The notes: generated by a model not told the origin, from the letters alone. 64,000 bases of DNA from an uncultured Clostridium sp. (GCA_947570695.1 CANOVB010000005.1:67487-131486); one strand, 5' to 3'. Shown: positions 37,024-46,415, numbered from the stretch's first letter. Numbers and translations: made by a program.

Positions 37024-37128
37024 ATGAATGATAAATTTAAAATAGAATATAAAACTCCAGAATTAAAATTGGGAGAAATAACGGATTTATTTATTGCAAC
37101 AGCATGGAAAAGTGAAGATTATATGTAA
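37024..37128 (+). CDS. 34-aa peptide MNDKFKIEYKTPELKLGEITDLFIATAWKSEDYM
   Basis: AAGGAGA lies 9 nt upstream of the ATG. It is a paralogue of 36631-36735. Confidence 0.55.
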   Translation: MNDKFKIEYKTPELKLGEITDLFIATAWKSEDYM

Positions 37129-37161
37129 AAAAGAGAGATAGAAAATAATCTATTATAAGTA

Positions 37162-37189
37162 TTTACATTTTTTAATTTTATGATATAAT
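37162..37189 (+). promoter_or_regulatory. Extended -10 promoter of the T-box operon
   Basis: TTTACA (37162-37167), 16-nt spacer, TGaTATAAT (37181-37189). Confidence 0.55.
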
Positions 37190-37195
37190 ATGTAA

Positions 37196-37435
37196 CATAG
37201 TAAAAAAGGCGTTTGATTAAGAATTAAGTAGTAAATAAACTTTTTAAAAGAGAGCTTATGGTTGGTGAGAATAAGTAAAAGAATTTACGAAATCTACTCT
37301 TAAGAGTTTCTAGAAAACTAGACCGAGTTATTGCAGGTTATAGCAATTTGAAAGATGGATTAGATTAATCTAAAAAAGGTGGTACCGCGATATATTCGCC
37401 CTTATGTATTTTTTACATGGGGGCGTTTTTGTTTA
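37196..37435 (+). promoter_or_regulatory. T-box leader, probable Ser (UCU) specifier
   Basis: T-box sequence aaaaaaGGTGGTACCGCG (37372-37389). Terminator cgcccttatgta-ttttt-tacatgggggcg plus T5 (37397-37430). Stem-I AGAGA and GGTGAGA elements. The specifier-loop candidate is GAAA-TCT-A (TCT at 37293-37295). serS is the third gene downstream. Confidence 0.85.
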
Positions 37436-37483
37436 AAATATTATATTTTACGAAAGATAAATAGAAAAATTAGGAGGTAAATT

Positions 37484-38284
37484 ATGATATTTAATGGAAA
37501 TGATATTAAAAAATTAATTGATGAAGAAAAGATAATTGATAATTGTGATAAGGAATATATTGCTTCAGGTTCGTGTGATATATCAATGAGCAAGGAAATC
37601 TTAAAAATAAAGAAGACTTTTAAACCAATAGATTTATCAAGTCCTGAAAATATAGAAAATATGTATGAAAAAATAGAAATTAAAGAAAGCTACAATTTTA
37701 AACCTAATGAAGTTATTTTTGTAAAATTAAACGAAAAAATAAATTTACCATCAAATATTGTAGCACATATAAGACCTAGAACTTCATTAAGTAGATTAGG
37801 TATAATAATAAATTTTCAACATATTAATGCAGGATATAGTGGTACTTTAAATATAGCAATGTATAATCTATCTCCTAATACTTATAAAATACAGCCAGGA
37901 ATGAGAATAGGGCAGATTGTATTTGAGGAGTTAACAGATGGAATTACTGATGATTTAATATATGGAAACGAAAAGAATCCAAGCTACCAAAACGAAGATG
38001 GGTTAACTGGCTCAAAGATATATGGTGATTTTGTAGGAAAAGTATTTAGACATTTTAAGGGAAACTATTATTTTATAGAAGATGTTAGCACAGATTCTGA
38101 AACTAAAGAAGATATAATAGTTTATAGACCCTTGTATGAGAGACAAGATTCTATGCTTTGGACAAGACCAGCAAAAATGTTTTTTGAGGAAATTGATGAA
38201 AATAGAAAAGATAATGTAACTGGTCAAAAACACAGGTTTGAACTGGTTGAAGATTTAAGTAAAGATTATATAAGTGAAAAATAA
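37484..38284 (+). CDS. dCTP deaminase/dUTPase-fold protein fused to a C-terminal DUF1653 domain
   Basis: N-terminal IRPRTSLSRLGIIINFQHINAGYSGTLNIAMYNLSPNTYKIQPGMRIGQIVFEEL is the Dcd-family signature. C-terminal FRHFKGNYYFIEDV...IIVYRPLY...WTRPAKMFFE...GQKHRFELV is the DUF1653 signature (recognised from memory). Confidence 0.75.
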   Translation: MIFNGNDIKKLIDEEKIIDNCDKEYIASGSCDISMSKEILKIKKTFKPIDLSSPENIENMYEKIEIKESYNFKPNEVIFVKLNEKINLPSNIVAHIRPRTSLSRLGIIINFQHINAGYSGTLNIAMYNLSPNTYKIQPGMRIGQIVFEELTDGITDDLIYGNEKNPSYQNEDGLTGSKIYGDFVGKVFRHFKGNYYFIEDVSTDSETKEDIIVYRPLYERQDSMLWTRPAKMFFEEIDENRKDNVTGQKHRFELVEDLSKDYISEK

Positions 38285-38296
38285 GGAGGAAGCATT

Positions 38297-38530
38297 ATGG
38301 AAAAAGTAGAAGTAGGAAGAAAATATAGACATTTTAAAGGAATTGAAATTGAAGTTTTAGGTATTGCAAAGCACTCCGAGACCTTAGAAAATTTAGTAAT
38401 TTATACTCATTTAGGAACAGGTGATATGTGGGCAAGACCAGAAGAAATGTTTTTATCAGATGAAGATGTAACTAAAAAAGCAGGAAATACAACAGGACAA
38501 AAATATAGATTTGAACTTATAGATGAATAA
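38297..38530 (+). CDS. Stand-alone DUF1653 protein
   Basis: YRHFKGIEIEVLGIAKHSETLENLVIYTHLGTGDMWARPEEMFLS...GQKYRFELI. It is a paralogue of the C-terminus of the preceding gene. Confidence 0.75.
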   Translation: MEKVEVGRKYRHFKGIEIEVLGIAKHSETLENLVIYTHLGTGDMWARPEEMFLSDEDVTKKAGNTTGQKYRFELIDE

Positions 38531-38598
38531 AATTAATATACATAAAATAGTAAATTTTACTAAAAGAAAATTACATATATTAAAATTGGAGGATAAAA

Positions 38599-39882
38599 AT
38601 GATAGATATTAAAATTTTAAGAGAAAATCCAGAAATGGTAAAAGAAAATATAAGAAAAAAATTTCAAGATCATAAATTAGTTTTAGTAGATGAAGTTTTA
38701 GAATTAGATAAAGAAAGCAGAGAGCTAACATTAGTGTGTGATGAGCTTCGTATGAAAAGAAATTCTACTAGTAAAGAAATAGGAAATTTAATGGCAAATG
38801 GGAATAAGGAAGAAGCTGAAAACAAAAAGAAAGAAGTGCAAGAAATTAATGAGAAATTAGAAGCAAATGAGGGCAGAGAAGCAGAATTAAAGGAAGAAAT
38901 AAAATCAAGAATGATGAAAATACCAAATATAATGGATGCATCAGTTCCTATAGGTAAAGATGATAGTGAAAACGTAGAAAATGAAAAATTTGGAGATCCA
39001 GTTGTTCCAGATTATGAAATTCCATATCATGCAGATATAATTGAAAGTTTTAATGGATTGGATAAAGAAAGCGCTGGTAGAACAAGTGGAAATGGATTTT
39101 ATTATTTATTAGGTGATGTAGCAAGACTTCATGAAGCAATGATTGCTTATGCTAGAGATTTTATGATAGATAAAGGATTTACTTATTGTATACCTCCTTT
39201 TATGATTAGAAGTGATGTTGTAAATGGAGTTATGAGCTTTGAAGAATTAGAAGCAATGATGTATAAAATAGAGGGAGAAGATTTATATTTAATTGGAACA
39301 AGTGAACATTCAATGATTGGAAAATTTAAAGGTCAAATTGTAAAAGAAGAAGAATTACCTATTGCTATAACAGGATATTCTCCTTGCTTTAGAAAAGAAG
39401 TTGGATCTCATGGATTAGAAGAGAGAGGCTTGTATAGAGTTCATCAATTTGAAAAACAAGAAATGATTGTTCTTTGTAAACCAGAGGATCAAATGGATTG
39501 GTATAATAAAATGTGGAGTTATACAGTAGAATTTTTTAGAAGTTTAGATGTACCAGTAAGAACTTTAGAATGTTGCAGTGGAGATTTAGCAGACTTAAAA
39601 GTTAAATCTTGTGATGTTGAGGCATGGAGCCCACGTCAAAAGAAGTATTTTGAGGTAGGTAGTTGTTCTACGTTAGGAGATGCACAAGCAAGAAGATTAG
39701 GAATTAGAGCAAAAGGAGATAAAGGAAATTATTTAGTAGCTACTTTAAATAATACTGTAGTAGCAAGTCCAAGAGGTCTAATCGCAGTTTTAGAAAATAA
39801 TTATCAAGCAGATGGAAGCGTATTAGTACCAAAAGCTTTACAAAAATATATGGGTGGAAAAGAAAAAATAATGACCAAATAG
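38599..39882 (+). CDS. serS: Seryl-tRNA synthetase
   Basis: N-terminal coiled-coil arm and class II motifs (YLIGTSEHS, FRKEVGSHG..GLYRVHQFEK, GDAQARRL, LNNTVVASPR). Confidence 0.96.
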   Translation: MIDIKILRENPEMVKENIRKKFQDHKLVLVDEVLELDKESRELTLVCDELRMKRNSTSKEIGNLMANGNKEEAENKKKEVQEINEKLEANEGREAELKEEIKSRMMKIPNIMDASVPIGKDDSENVENEKFGDPVVPDYEIPYHADIIESFNGLDKESAGRTSGNGFYYLLGDVARLHEAMIAYARDFMIDKGFTYCIPPFMIRSDVVNGVMSFEELEAMMYKIEGEDLYLIGTSEHSMIGKFKGQIVKEEELPIAITGYSPCFRKEVGSHGLEERGLYRVHQFEKQEMIVLCKPEDQMDWYNKMWSYTVEFFRSLDVPVRTLECCSGDLADLKVKSCDVEAWSPRQKKYFEVGSCSTLGDAQARRLGIRAKGDKGNYLVATLNNTVVASPRGLIAVLENNYQADGSVLVPKALQKYMGGKEKIMTK

Positions 39883-39897
39883 GGACAAGGAGAAATT

Positions 39898-40488
39898 ATG
39901 ATAGTAAAAAATCCTAGATTTGAAATATCAGCGGTAAGCAAAAAACAATATCCTAATGGAAACTTGCCAGAAATTGTACTTGTTGGTAAATCTAATGTTG
40001 GTAAATCATCTTTTGTAAATACTATGATTAATAGAAAAAAATTAGCAAGAACAAGTAATGTTCCTGGAAAAACTAGGCAAATAAATTTTTATAATATTGA
40101 TGAAAAGTTTTATTTTGTTGATTTGCCTGGATATGGTTTTAGTAAGATGTCTAAAAAAGAGCAGATTATATCTGGTAAATATATTGAAGAGTATTTAGAA
40201 GAAGGAAAAAATATCGCTTTAATAGTATTTCTATTAGATATAAGACATAAACCAACAGAAGATGATATGCTTATGTATGATTATATTTTAAGAAGTAATT
40301 TACCATTTATAGTTGTTACTAATAAAGCAGACAAAATTGCAATAACAAAAGTAGATGGAGAGGTAGAACGAATAAAAGAAGTTTTAGGAATATCATATAG
40401 TACAATATTGCCATTTTCGGCTGAAAGAAAAATATATTCTGATTATGTTTGGAAAGAAATTGAAAAATTTCTTCCAAAATATGAATAA
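39898..40488 (+). CDS. engB: Ribosome-biogenesis GTPase EngB/YsxC
   Basis: GKSNVGKSSFVNTMINRKKLARTSNVPGKTRQINFY, DLPGYG, NKADK. Confidence 0.93.
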   Translation: MIVKNPRFEISAVSKKQYPNGNLPEIVLVGKSNVGKSSFVNTMINRKKLARTSNVPGKTRQINFYNIDEKFYFVDLPGYGFSKMSKKEQIISGKYIEEYLEEGKNIALIVFLLDIRHKPTEDDMLMYDYILRSNLPFIVVTNKADKIAITKVDGEVERIKEVLGISYSTILPFSAERKIYSDYVWKEIEKFLPKYE

Positions 40489-40576
40489 AATTTTAAATTA
40501 TGCATAAAATTATATAAAACTTAAAAAGAGTGTTAGCAAAATTTCTAACATTCTTTTTTGTAAATAAGGAGATTTT

Positions 40577-40813
40577 ATGTATAATGAGTATGTTAGAGAA
40601 GTTAAAATAAATGAGAAAAATGATGAAGAAAAAAATGTAGAACTTTTAAATAATATACATGTAGTAAAAAATGCTTTAACTAATATGTATAATAATTTAC
40701 AGTTTGCTGATAGTGACTTAATTGATTATTATACCTATCAGATAAAAGCAGAAGAAGCAAAGTATAATTATTTAATAAAACAAGCCAAAAAAAGAAATCT
40801 AAATATAATTTAG
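40577..40813 (+). CDS. YaaL/DUF2508-like small protein
   Basis: ...FADSDLIDYYTYQIKAEEAKYNYLIKQAKK resembles the DUF2508 C-terminal signature (from memory). Confidence 0.55.
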   Translation: MYNEYVREVKINEKNDEEKNVELLNNIHVVKNALTNMYNNLQFADSDLIDYYTYQIKAEEAKYNYLIKQAKKRNLNII

Positions 40814-40964
40814 ATTATCAAAATACCGTATAGACAATAATTGTTTTTTGCTTATATATAAGTAAATGTTAAATTCAAGTTACAAATTGATATAAAAAAG
40901 TGATAGCCAAAATTTAAAATATAATAGTATAATAATTATATAAATAAATTTTGGAGAAAATGTT

Positions 40965-41654
40965 ATGAAATTTAATGAAAAAATTTTAGAATTAAGAAAA
41001 GGAAAAGGATATTCACAAGAAGAATTAAGTTTTAAATTAAATGTAGCAAGACAAACTATTTCCAAATGGGAAAGTGGAAGTACAACACCTGATATGGATA
41101 ATCTTATAAAATTATCTAAAATATTTGATATTAGTGTAGATGAACTTATAGGAAAAGAAATTTCAAAAGAAGATAGAACTAATGAAGAATTAGTAAGAAT
41201 AGAATATAGAGACAATGACACATATTATGATATAAATATTACAGATAAAACTTATACAAAAGCAAAATGTGAGTTAGGAAAAGAACTAATTTGCAGTCCG
41301 ACAATATTAAAGATGGAACAAAAACTAGATTATAAATTAAAATTATCAAGTGGGTGGGGAAGATTATTTTTAGCAAGTAATTATTTTTACAAAATATATG
41401 TAAGAGAAATTAATAAAGAACAAAATATTATAGTAGAGCCAAGATATATGGACAGATATAATGATATGCTACAGATAAATGCTTCGTATTTATGTAATTC
41501 AGAACCTCATTTATCTTATTCTATGGACACTTACACATCAGACAATAGATATATTAGAGAAAATTATGATTGGACACAATGGGAAGAAAAGTATGCAAAA
41601 GATTGGCAAATTGAATTACCAGATTTAACTGAATATACTTTAATAGAAAAATAA
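40965..41654 (+). CDS. XRE-family HTH regulator with an uncharacterised 160-aa C-terminal domain
   Basis: ILELRKGKGYSQEELSFKLNVARQTISKWESGSTTPDMDNLIKLSKIFDISVDELIG. Confidence 0.85.
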   Translation: MKFNEKILELRKGKGYSQEELSFKLNVARQTISKWESGSTTPDMDNLIKLSKIFDISVDELIGKEISKEDRTNEELVRIEYRDNDTYYDINITDKTYTKAKCELGKELICSPTILKMEQKLDYKLKLSSGWGRLFLASNYFYKIYVREINKEQNIIVEPRYMDRYNDMLQINASYLCNSEPHLSYSMDTYTSDNRYIRENYDWTQWEEKYAKDWQIELPDLTEYTLIEK

Positions 41655-41695
41655 AATAGAGCCCAATTCAAAATGAATTGGGCTCTATTTTTTAT
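41652..41695. terminator. Bidirectional terminator between the XRE gene and glmS
   Basis: atagagcccaattca-aaat-gaattgggctctat flanked by A and T runs. Confidence 0.85.
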
Positions 41696-43527
41696 TCAAC
41701 AGTAACTGATTTTGCTAAATTTCTTGGCTTATCAACATCTAATCCTTTTTCTTTAGAAATATAATATGCTAAAATTTGAAGTGGCACAACTGAAAGAACA
41801 GGAGAGATAAGTATATTAGTTTTTGGTATTCTAATTACTTCATCAAAATCATGATTTAATTCTTGATTTGTAACTATAAAAGTTTTAGCTCCACGAGTTA
41901 CAACTTCTTGAATATTACTAACTGATTTTTCAACTAAAAGCCTATTAGTTAATACAGAAACAACAGTTACTCCATTTTCAATTAAAGCGATTGCACCATG
42001 TTTTAATTCTCCAGAAGGATAAGCTTCTGAATGAATATAAGAAATTTCTTTAAGTTTTAAAGAACCTTCTAATGCAACTGTATGGTCAACTCCTCTACCA
42101 ATAAAAAATACATCTTTTTCTTTATATATTTTCTGAGCAAAAGCTTTTATTTTATCTGTATTTTTCAAAACTTCTTCAAGTTGTGTAGGAAGAAGTAGTA
42201 TGTCTTTTTTTAGTTCTTCTAATTTTTCTTTATTTAAACCTAATTTTTCCGCAAAATTAATTGCAAGTATTGTAAGCAATACAATTTGAGAAGTATAAGC
42301 TTTAGTAGATGCAACAGCTATTTCTGGACCTGCATGTGTATAAAGAGTATAATCTGCTTCTCTTGAAATTGATGATCCTATTACATTTGATATTGCAATA
42401 GTTTTGGAATTATGAGCTTTAGCAAGTTTTAAAGCTGCGATTGTGTCAGCTGTTTCTCCAGATTGAGTTATAAATAAGCATAAAGTTTTCTCATTTATAA
42501 TAGGGTTTCTATATCTAAATTCAGAAGCAGCTTCAACCTCAACTGGAATTTCACATAAACTTTCAAAAGTAGTTTTGCAGGCCATACCAGCATGCATAGC
42601 TGTACCACAAGCTACTATGAATATTTTATTAATTGATTGTAAGAATTTTTTATCTAAATCTATTTCTGGAAGAACAGAAGCAGATTTTTCTGGAAGTCTA
42701 GAACCTATAGTTTCTCTAATTGATTTTGGTTGTTCATTAATTTCTTTTAACATGAAATCAGGATATCCATCTTTTTCAGCGGCTCCAGCATCCCAAGTGA
42801 TATTTTTCAATTCTTTATCTATTTTATTTAAATTTTCATCATAAAATGTTACATTATTTTTATCTATAAATGCAAATTCTTTATCATTTAATAAATAAAA
42901 ATCTTTTGTAAATGATAATATTGCAGGAATATCAGAGCTTATATAACATTCTCCAGTTCCTTTTCCTATAACTAATGGACTATCTTTACGAACTACAACC
43001 ATATTTTTAGGAAAATCTGAACATAAAATTTCTAATGCGTAACTTCCTTTTAACATTTTACAAGCATCTGTAACTGCATGCATAAATCTTTTTTCATTTT
43101 TTTCTTTTGATGATTCATAATAAAAATGTATTAAATTAGGTATAACCTCAGTATCTGTTTCAGATAGAAAATGATATTTATGAGATTTTAAAAATTCTTT
43201 TAAATCGGCATAATTTTCAATAATACCATTATGAACTACAGCAAATTTTTCTGAGTTATCTAAATGAGGGTGAGAATTAGTGCTAGATGGCTTACCATGT
43301 GTTGCCCATCTAGTATGACCAATTCCTAGCGTTCCTTCTAGTTTTTCTATTCCGTCTATTTTTTCAAGTTCACTAACACGACCTTTATTTTTTATATTTC
43401 TAATACCACTATTTTCCATAGTAGCTATTCCAGCAGAGTCATATCCTCTGTATTCTAGTCTTAAAAGACCATTAATTAATATTGGCTTTGCTTTTTTTTC
43501 TCCTATATAACCAACTATTCCACACAT
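41692..43527 (-). CDS. glmS: Glutamine--fructose-6-phosphate aminotransferase
   Basis: MCGIVGYIG... (N-terminal nucleophile Cys), two SIS domains, and a C-terminal ...KPRNLAKSVTVE. Confidence 0.97.
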   Translation of the reverse strand: MCGIVGYIGEKKAKPILINGLLRLEYRGYDSAGIATMENSGIRNIKNKGRVSELEKIDGIEKLEGTLGIGHTRWATHGKPSSTNSHPHLDNSEKFAVVHNGIIENYADLKEFLKSHKYHFLSETDTEVIPNLIHFYYESSKEKNEKRFMHAVTDACKMLKGSYALEILCSDFPKNMVVVRKDSPLVIGKGTGECYISSDIPAILSFTKDFYLLNDKEFAFIDKNNVTFYDENLNKIDKELKNITWDAGAAEKDGYPDFMLKEINEQPKSIRETIGSRLPEKSASVLPEIDLDKKFLQSINKIFIVACGTAMHAGMACKTTFESLCEIPVEVEAASEFRYRNPIINEKTLCLFITQSGETADTIAALKLAKAHNSKTIAISNVIGSSISREADYTLYTHAGPEIAVASTKAYTSQIVLLTILAINFAEKLGLNKEKLEELKKDILLLPTQLEEVLKNTDKIKAFAQKIYKEKDVFFIGRGVDHTVALEGSLKLKEISYIHSEAYPSGELKHGAIALIENGVTVVSVLTNRLLVEKSVSNIQEVVTRGAKTFIVTNQELNHDFDEVIRIPKTNILISPVLSVVPLQILAYYISKEKGLDVDKPRNLAKSVTVE

Positions 43528-43599
43528 AAAAAATCCACCTTTCTAATTAAATTAGGGTATGTTTTTTAAAGGCAATATATTGCCCCTAAACCTAATTTA

Positions 43600-43788
43600 A
43601 GAATAGGGTGTAAGCTAACTTAATATGATTACTGGTTAAAAATCTGTTATAGTATTGCTACTATTTTTTTTCTTAACCTATGGTAGTAATTACCACTAGA
43701 GCATCCGCCGAATCTTTCGATAACTCTAGACCTCGTCAACTATTTTTAAAATTTATATGTATAAAAATTTTAAAGTAGTCCTGGCGCT
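43600..43788 (-). ncRNA. glmS ribozyme
   Basis: The minus strand reads A|GCGCCAGGACU...GACGAGGUCUAGAGUUAUCGAAAGAUUCGGCGGAUGCUCUAG. This matches the conserved core AGCGCCAGAACU...GACGAGG...GUUAUCGAA..UUCGGCGGAUGCC directly upstream of glmS. The 3' limit is approximate. Confidence 0.9.
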
Positions 43789-44087
43789 AACCTTTGTTTT
43801 AAATAATATACTCCTTTCTAAACTTTTGCTTACAAACTAGAAATTAAAAATTTTTTCTAGTAACCTATTTCTTTTATATAATATTCGAATTTTTTTAAAA
43901 TGTCAATATTATTTTTTGGATGTTAATGAATGTATATATATAAATGCATTCTAAATATTGAGGCTCTAAGAATTAAAATTTAAATAATTCTGGTAAAACA
44001 TTGCTAAAAGGAAATAAATATTCTTTACATGAAAAAGTAATTATAATATAATAGCTATGTATTAAAAATAGATTGGAATTGGTATGT

Positions 44088-44606
44088 ATGGAAGAAAACT
44101 TAAAAGTTATGTATGAGGAAGATGAAATTCAAAAAAGAATTAAAGAAGTAGCTGAAGAGATTGATAGAGATTATGAAGGCAAAGAAGTTGTTGTAGTTTC
44201 AGTCCTTAAAGGAGCAATATTTTTTACTGTTGATTTGGTAAAAAAAATGAAAACTCCAATAGAACTAGAAACAGTACAAATTTCAAGTTATTCTGGAACT
44301 GAAAGTACTGGAAAAATTACTTTAAAAAAAGATTTAGATAGAAGTATAGACTCAAAAGATGTTTTAATAGTTGAAGATATTGTAGACACAGGTCATACTT
44401 TAAAATTCTTAAAAGAATATTTACTTTCTAAAAATCCAAATAGTGTAAAAATAGCTGTTTTTATGGACAAAAAAGAAAGAAGACAAGTAGATATTGATAT
44501 AGATTATACAGGATTTGTAATTCCAAATAAATTTGTTGTTGGTTATGGATTTGACGTAGATGAAAAAGGAAGAAATATTCCTTATGTAGGCTATATAGAT
44601 AATTAA
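44088..44606 (+). CDS. hpt: Hypoxanthine(-guanine) phosphoribosyltransferase
   Basis: VLKGAIFFTVDL..., the PRPP motif VLIVEDIVDTGHTL, FVVGYGFDVDEKGRNIPYVG. ATG 44088 is preferred. Confidence 0.93.
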   Translation: MEENLKVMYEEDEIQKRIKEVAEEIDRDYEGKEVVVVSVLKGAIFFTVDLVKKMKTPIELETVQISSYSGTESTGKITLKKDLDRSIDSKDVLIVEDIVDTGHTLKFLKEYLLSKNPNSVKIAVFMDKKERRQVDIDIDYTGFVIPNKFVVGYGFDVDEKGRNIPYVGYIDN

Positions 44607-44627
44607 ACAAGAAATCAAGGTGAGAAA

Positions 44628-46415
44628 ATGTTTGATATTGAAGAAGAATTAAAAAAGCTTCCAGATAAACCAGGTGTTTATTTAATGCACGATAAAGAAG
44701 ATACTGTTATATACGTGGGAAAAGCTGTTGTTTTAAAAAATAGAGTTAGACAGTATTTTAGAAAAAATAATAAAACACCAAGAATAGAAAAAATGGTTTC
44801 TTTAATAGATCATTTTGAATATATTGTTGTTGGTAGTGAAGATGAAGCTTTAATTTTAGAATGTAATTTGATAAAAAAGTACAGACCAAAATTTAATGTA
44901 TTACTTAAAGACGATAAAACATATCCATATATAAAAATAGATATGAAATCAGATTATCCAAGTGTTTTTATAACTAGAAGGATACAAAACGATGGGGCTA
45001 AATATTTTGGTCCTTATGCAAATGCAGGTGCAGCAAAAGAAATGGTTAATTTTATAAAAGAGAAATTCCAAATAAGACAATGTAAAAATTTTAAAAATCA
45101 AGATAGAGCTTGTTTAAATTACCATATAAAAAAATGTTTAGCACCATGTATGGGATATGTTTCAAAAGAAGAATATAGAAATCAAATTAATCAGATTGCA
45201 TTACTCCTTGATGGAAAAATTGATACTATAATTAAAAATTTACAAGTTGAAATGAATGAAGCATCAAAAAAATTAGAATTTGAAAAAGCAGCTACTATTC
45301 GAGATAGAATTATGGCAATAGAAAGGGTATCTGAAAAACAAAAAGTATCAAATATTTCTGAAAATAATATTGATGTAATTGGATTATTTAAAAACGAAGT
45401 TACAGTATGCATAGAAATGTTTTTTATTAGAAATAGTAAAATGATAGGCAGAGAGCACTATTTTTTTGATGAACTTAAAGATATGGAAGAAAGTGAAATT
45501 GTATCAGGTTTTATAAAACAGTATTATATGGATAAAAAAGATTTTCCAAGTAAGATCATGCTTAGATATAATTTAGAAGAAAAAGAAGTCTTAGAAAATT
45601 GGCTTTCAAATAAGGGAAATAGGAAAGTTGAACTTAAAAGTCCACAAAAAGGTGAAAAATTACGCTTTGTTGAAATGGCAGAATTAAATAGTAGAATTAC
45701 ATTAGAAAATAAAGTAAAAGATAAAACAGATATTTTAATTGAATTAAGAGATGTATTAGATTTAGATTATTTGCCATATAAAATTGAGAGTTTTGATATA
45801 TCAAATATTTCTGGCAATTTTATTGTTGCAGGAATGTGTGTTGCACAAAATGGAGTAATAAAAAGAAATTTATCAAGAAGGTTTAAAATAAAAACTGTTT
45901 TTGGACAAGATGATCCTAGATGTATGCAAGAAGTAGTAACAAGAAGATTAAAACATTCAGTAGGAGAAAATCAAGATGAAGGGTTTGGAAGTTTACCTGA
46001 TTTAATTTTGGCGGATGGCGGTATTACTCAAATTAGAGCAATAAAAAATGCTATGGATGAGGTAGGAGTTAATCTTCCAGTTTATGGAATGGTAAAAGAT
46101 GATAAACATTCTACGAGAGCTTTAATTGATGAAGATAAAACTGAATATAAAATTTCTGAAAATTTATTTAACTTTATTACAAATTTGCAAGATGAGGTTC
46201 ATAAAACGGCTATTGAATATCATAGAAAAGTACGTGACAAAGAAATGACAAAATCAAAGCTAGACTATATTGAAGGAATAGGTGAAAAGAAAAGAACAGA
46301 ATTATTAAAAAAATTTGGTAGTGTTAAAAAAATTAAAGAAGCGTCTATAGAAGAAATTTCTAGCATTAAAGGAATAAATAAAGCTTTAGCAGAGAAAATC
46401 AAAAAGGAATTGTAA
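44628..46415 (+). CDS. uvrC: Excinuclease ABC subunit C
   Basis: GIY-YIG N-terminus (PGVYLMHDKEDTVIYVGKA...), UVR domain (FEKAATIRDRI), and a C-terminal (HhH)2. Confidence 0.96.
   Translation: MFDIEEELKKLPDKPGVYLMHDKEDTVIYVGKAVVLKNRVRQYFRKNNKTPRIEKMVSLIDHFEYIVVGSEDEALILECNLIKKYRPKFNVLLKDDKTYPYIKIDMKSDYPSVFITRRIQNDGAKYFGPYANAGAAKEMVNFIKEKFQIRQCKNFKNQDRACLNYHIKKCLAPCMGYVSKEEYRNQINQIALLLDGKIDTIIKNLQVEMNEASKKLEFEKAATIRDRIMAIERVSEKQKVSNISENNIDVIGLFKNEVTVCIEMFFIRNSKMIGREHYFFDELKDMEESEIVSGFIKQYYMDKKDFPSKIMLRYNLEEKEVLENWLSNKGNRKVELKSPQKGEKLRFVEMAELNSRITLENKVKDKTDILIELRDVLDLDYLPYKIESFDISNISGNFIVAGMCVAQNGVIKRNLSRRFKIKTVFGQDDPRCMQEVVTRRLKHSVGENQDEGFGSLPDLILADGGITQIRAIKNAMDEVGVNLPVYGMVKDDKHSTRALIDEDKTEYKISENLFNFITNLQDEVHKTAIEYHRKVRDKEMTKSKLDYIEGIGEKKRTELLKKFGSVKKIKEASIEEISSIKGINKALAEKIKKEL

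Noticed and set aside
36631-37128. Interpretation of the two 34-aa peptides as lasso-peptide or other RiPP precursors
   Set aside because: The YxTPE(F/L)xxG motif resembles the RRE-binding leader motif. However, the putative cores do not fit lasso rules: there is no suitable N-terminal residue with a D/E acceptor at positions 7-9. No cyclase, protease, radical-SAM or transporter gene is nearby. I keep it only as an open observation.
40880-41221. 113-aa minus-strand ORF overlapping the XRE regulator
   Set aside because: It is antisense to a gene with a clear HTH signature and its translation is L/S/I/F-rich. The same reasoning rejects the many 60-160-aa antisense ORFs in the track (for example 291-677, 4977-5360, 26165-26647, 30869-31279, 35075-35413 and 50175-50564).
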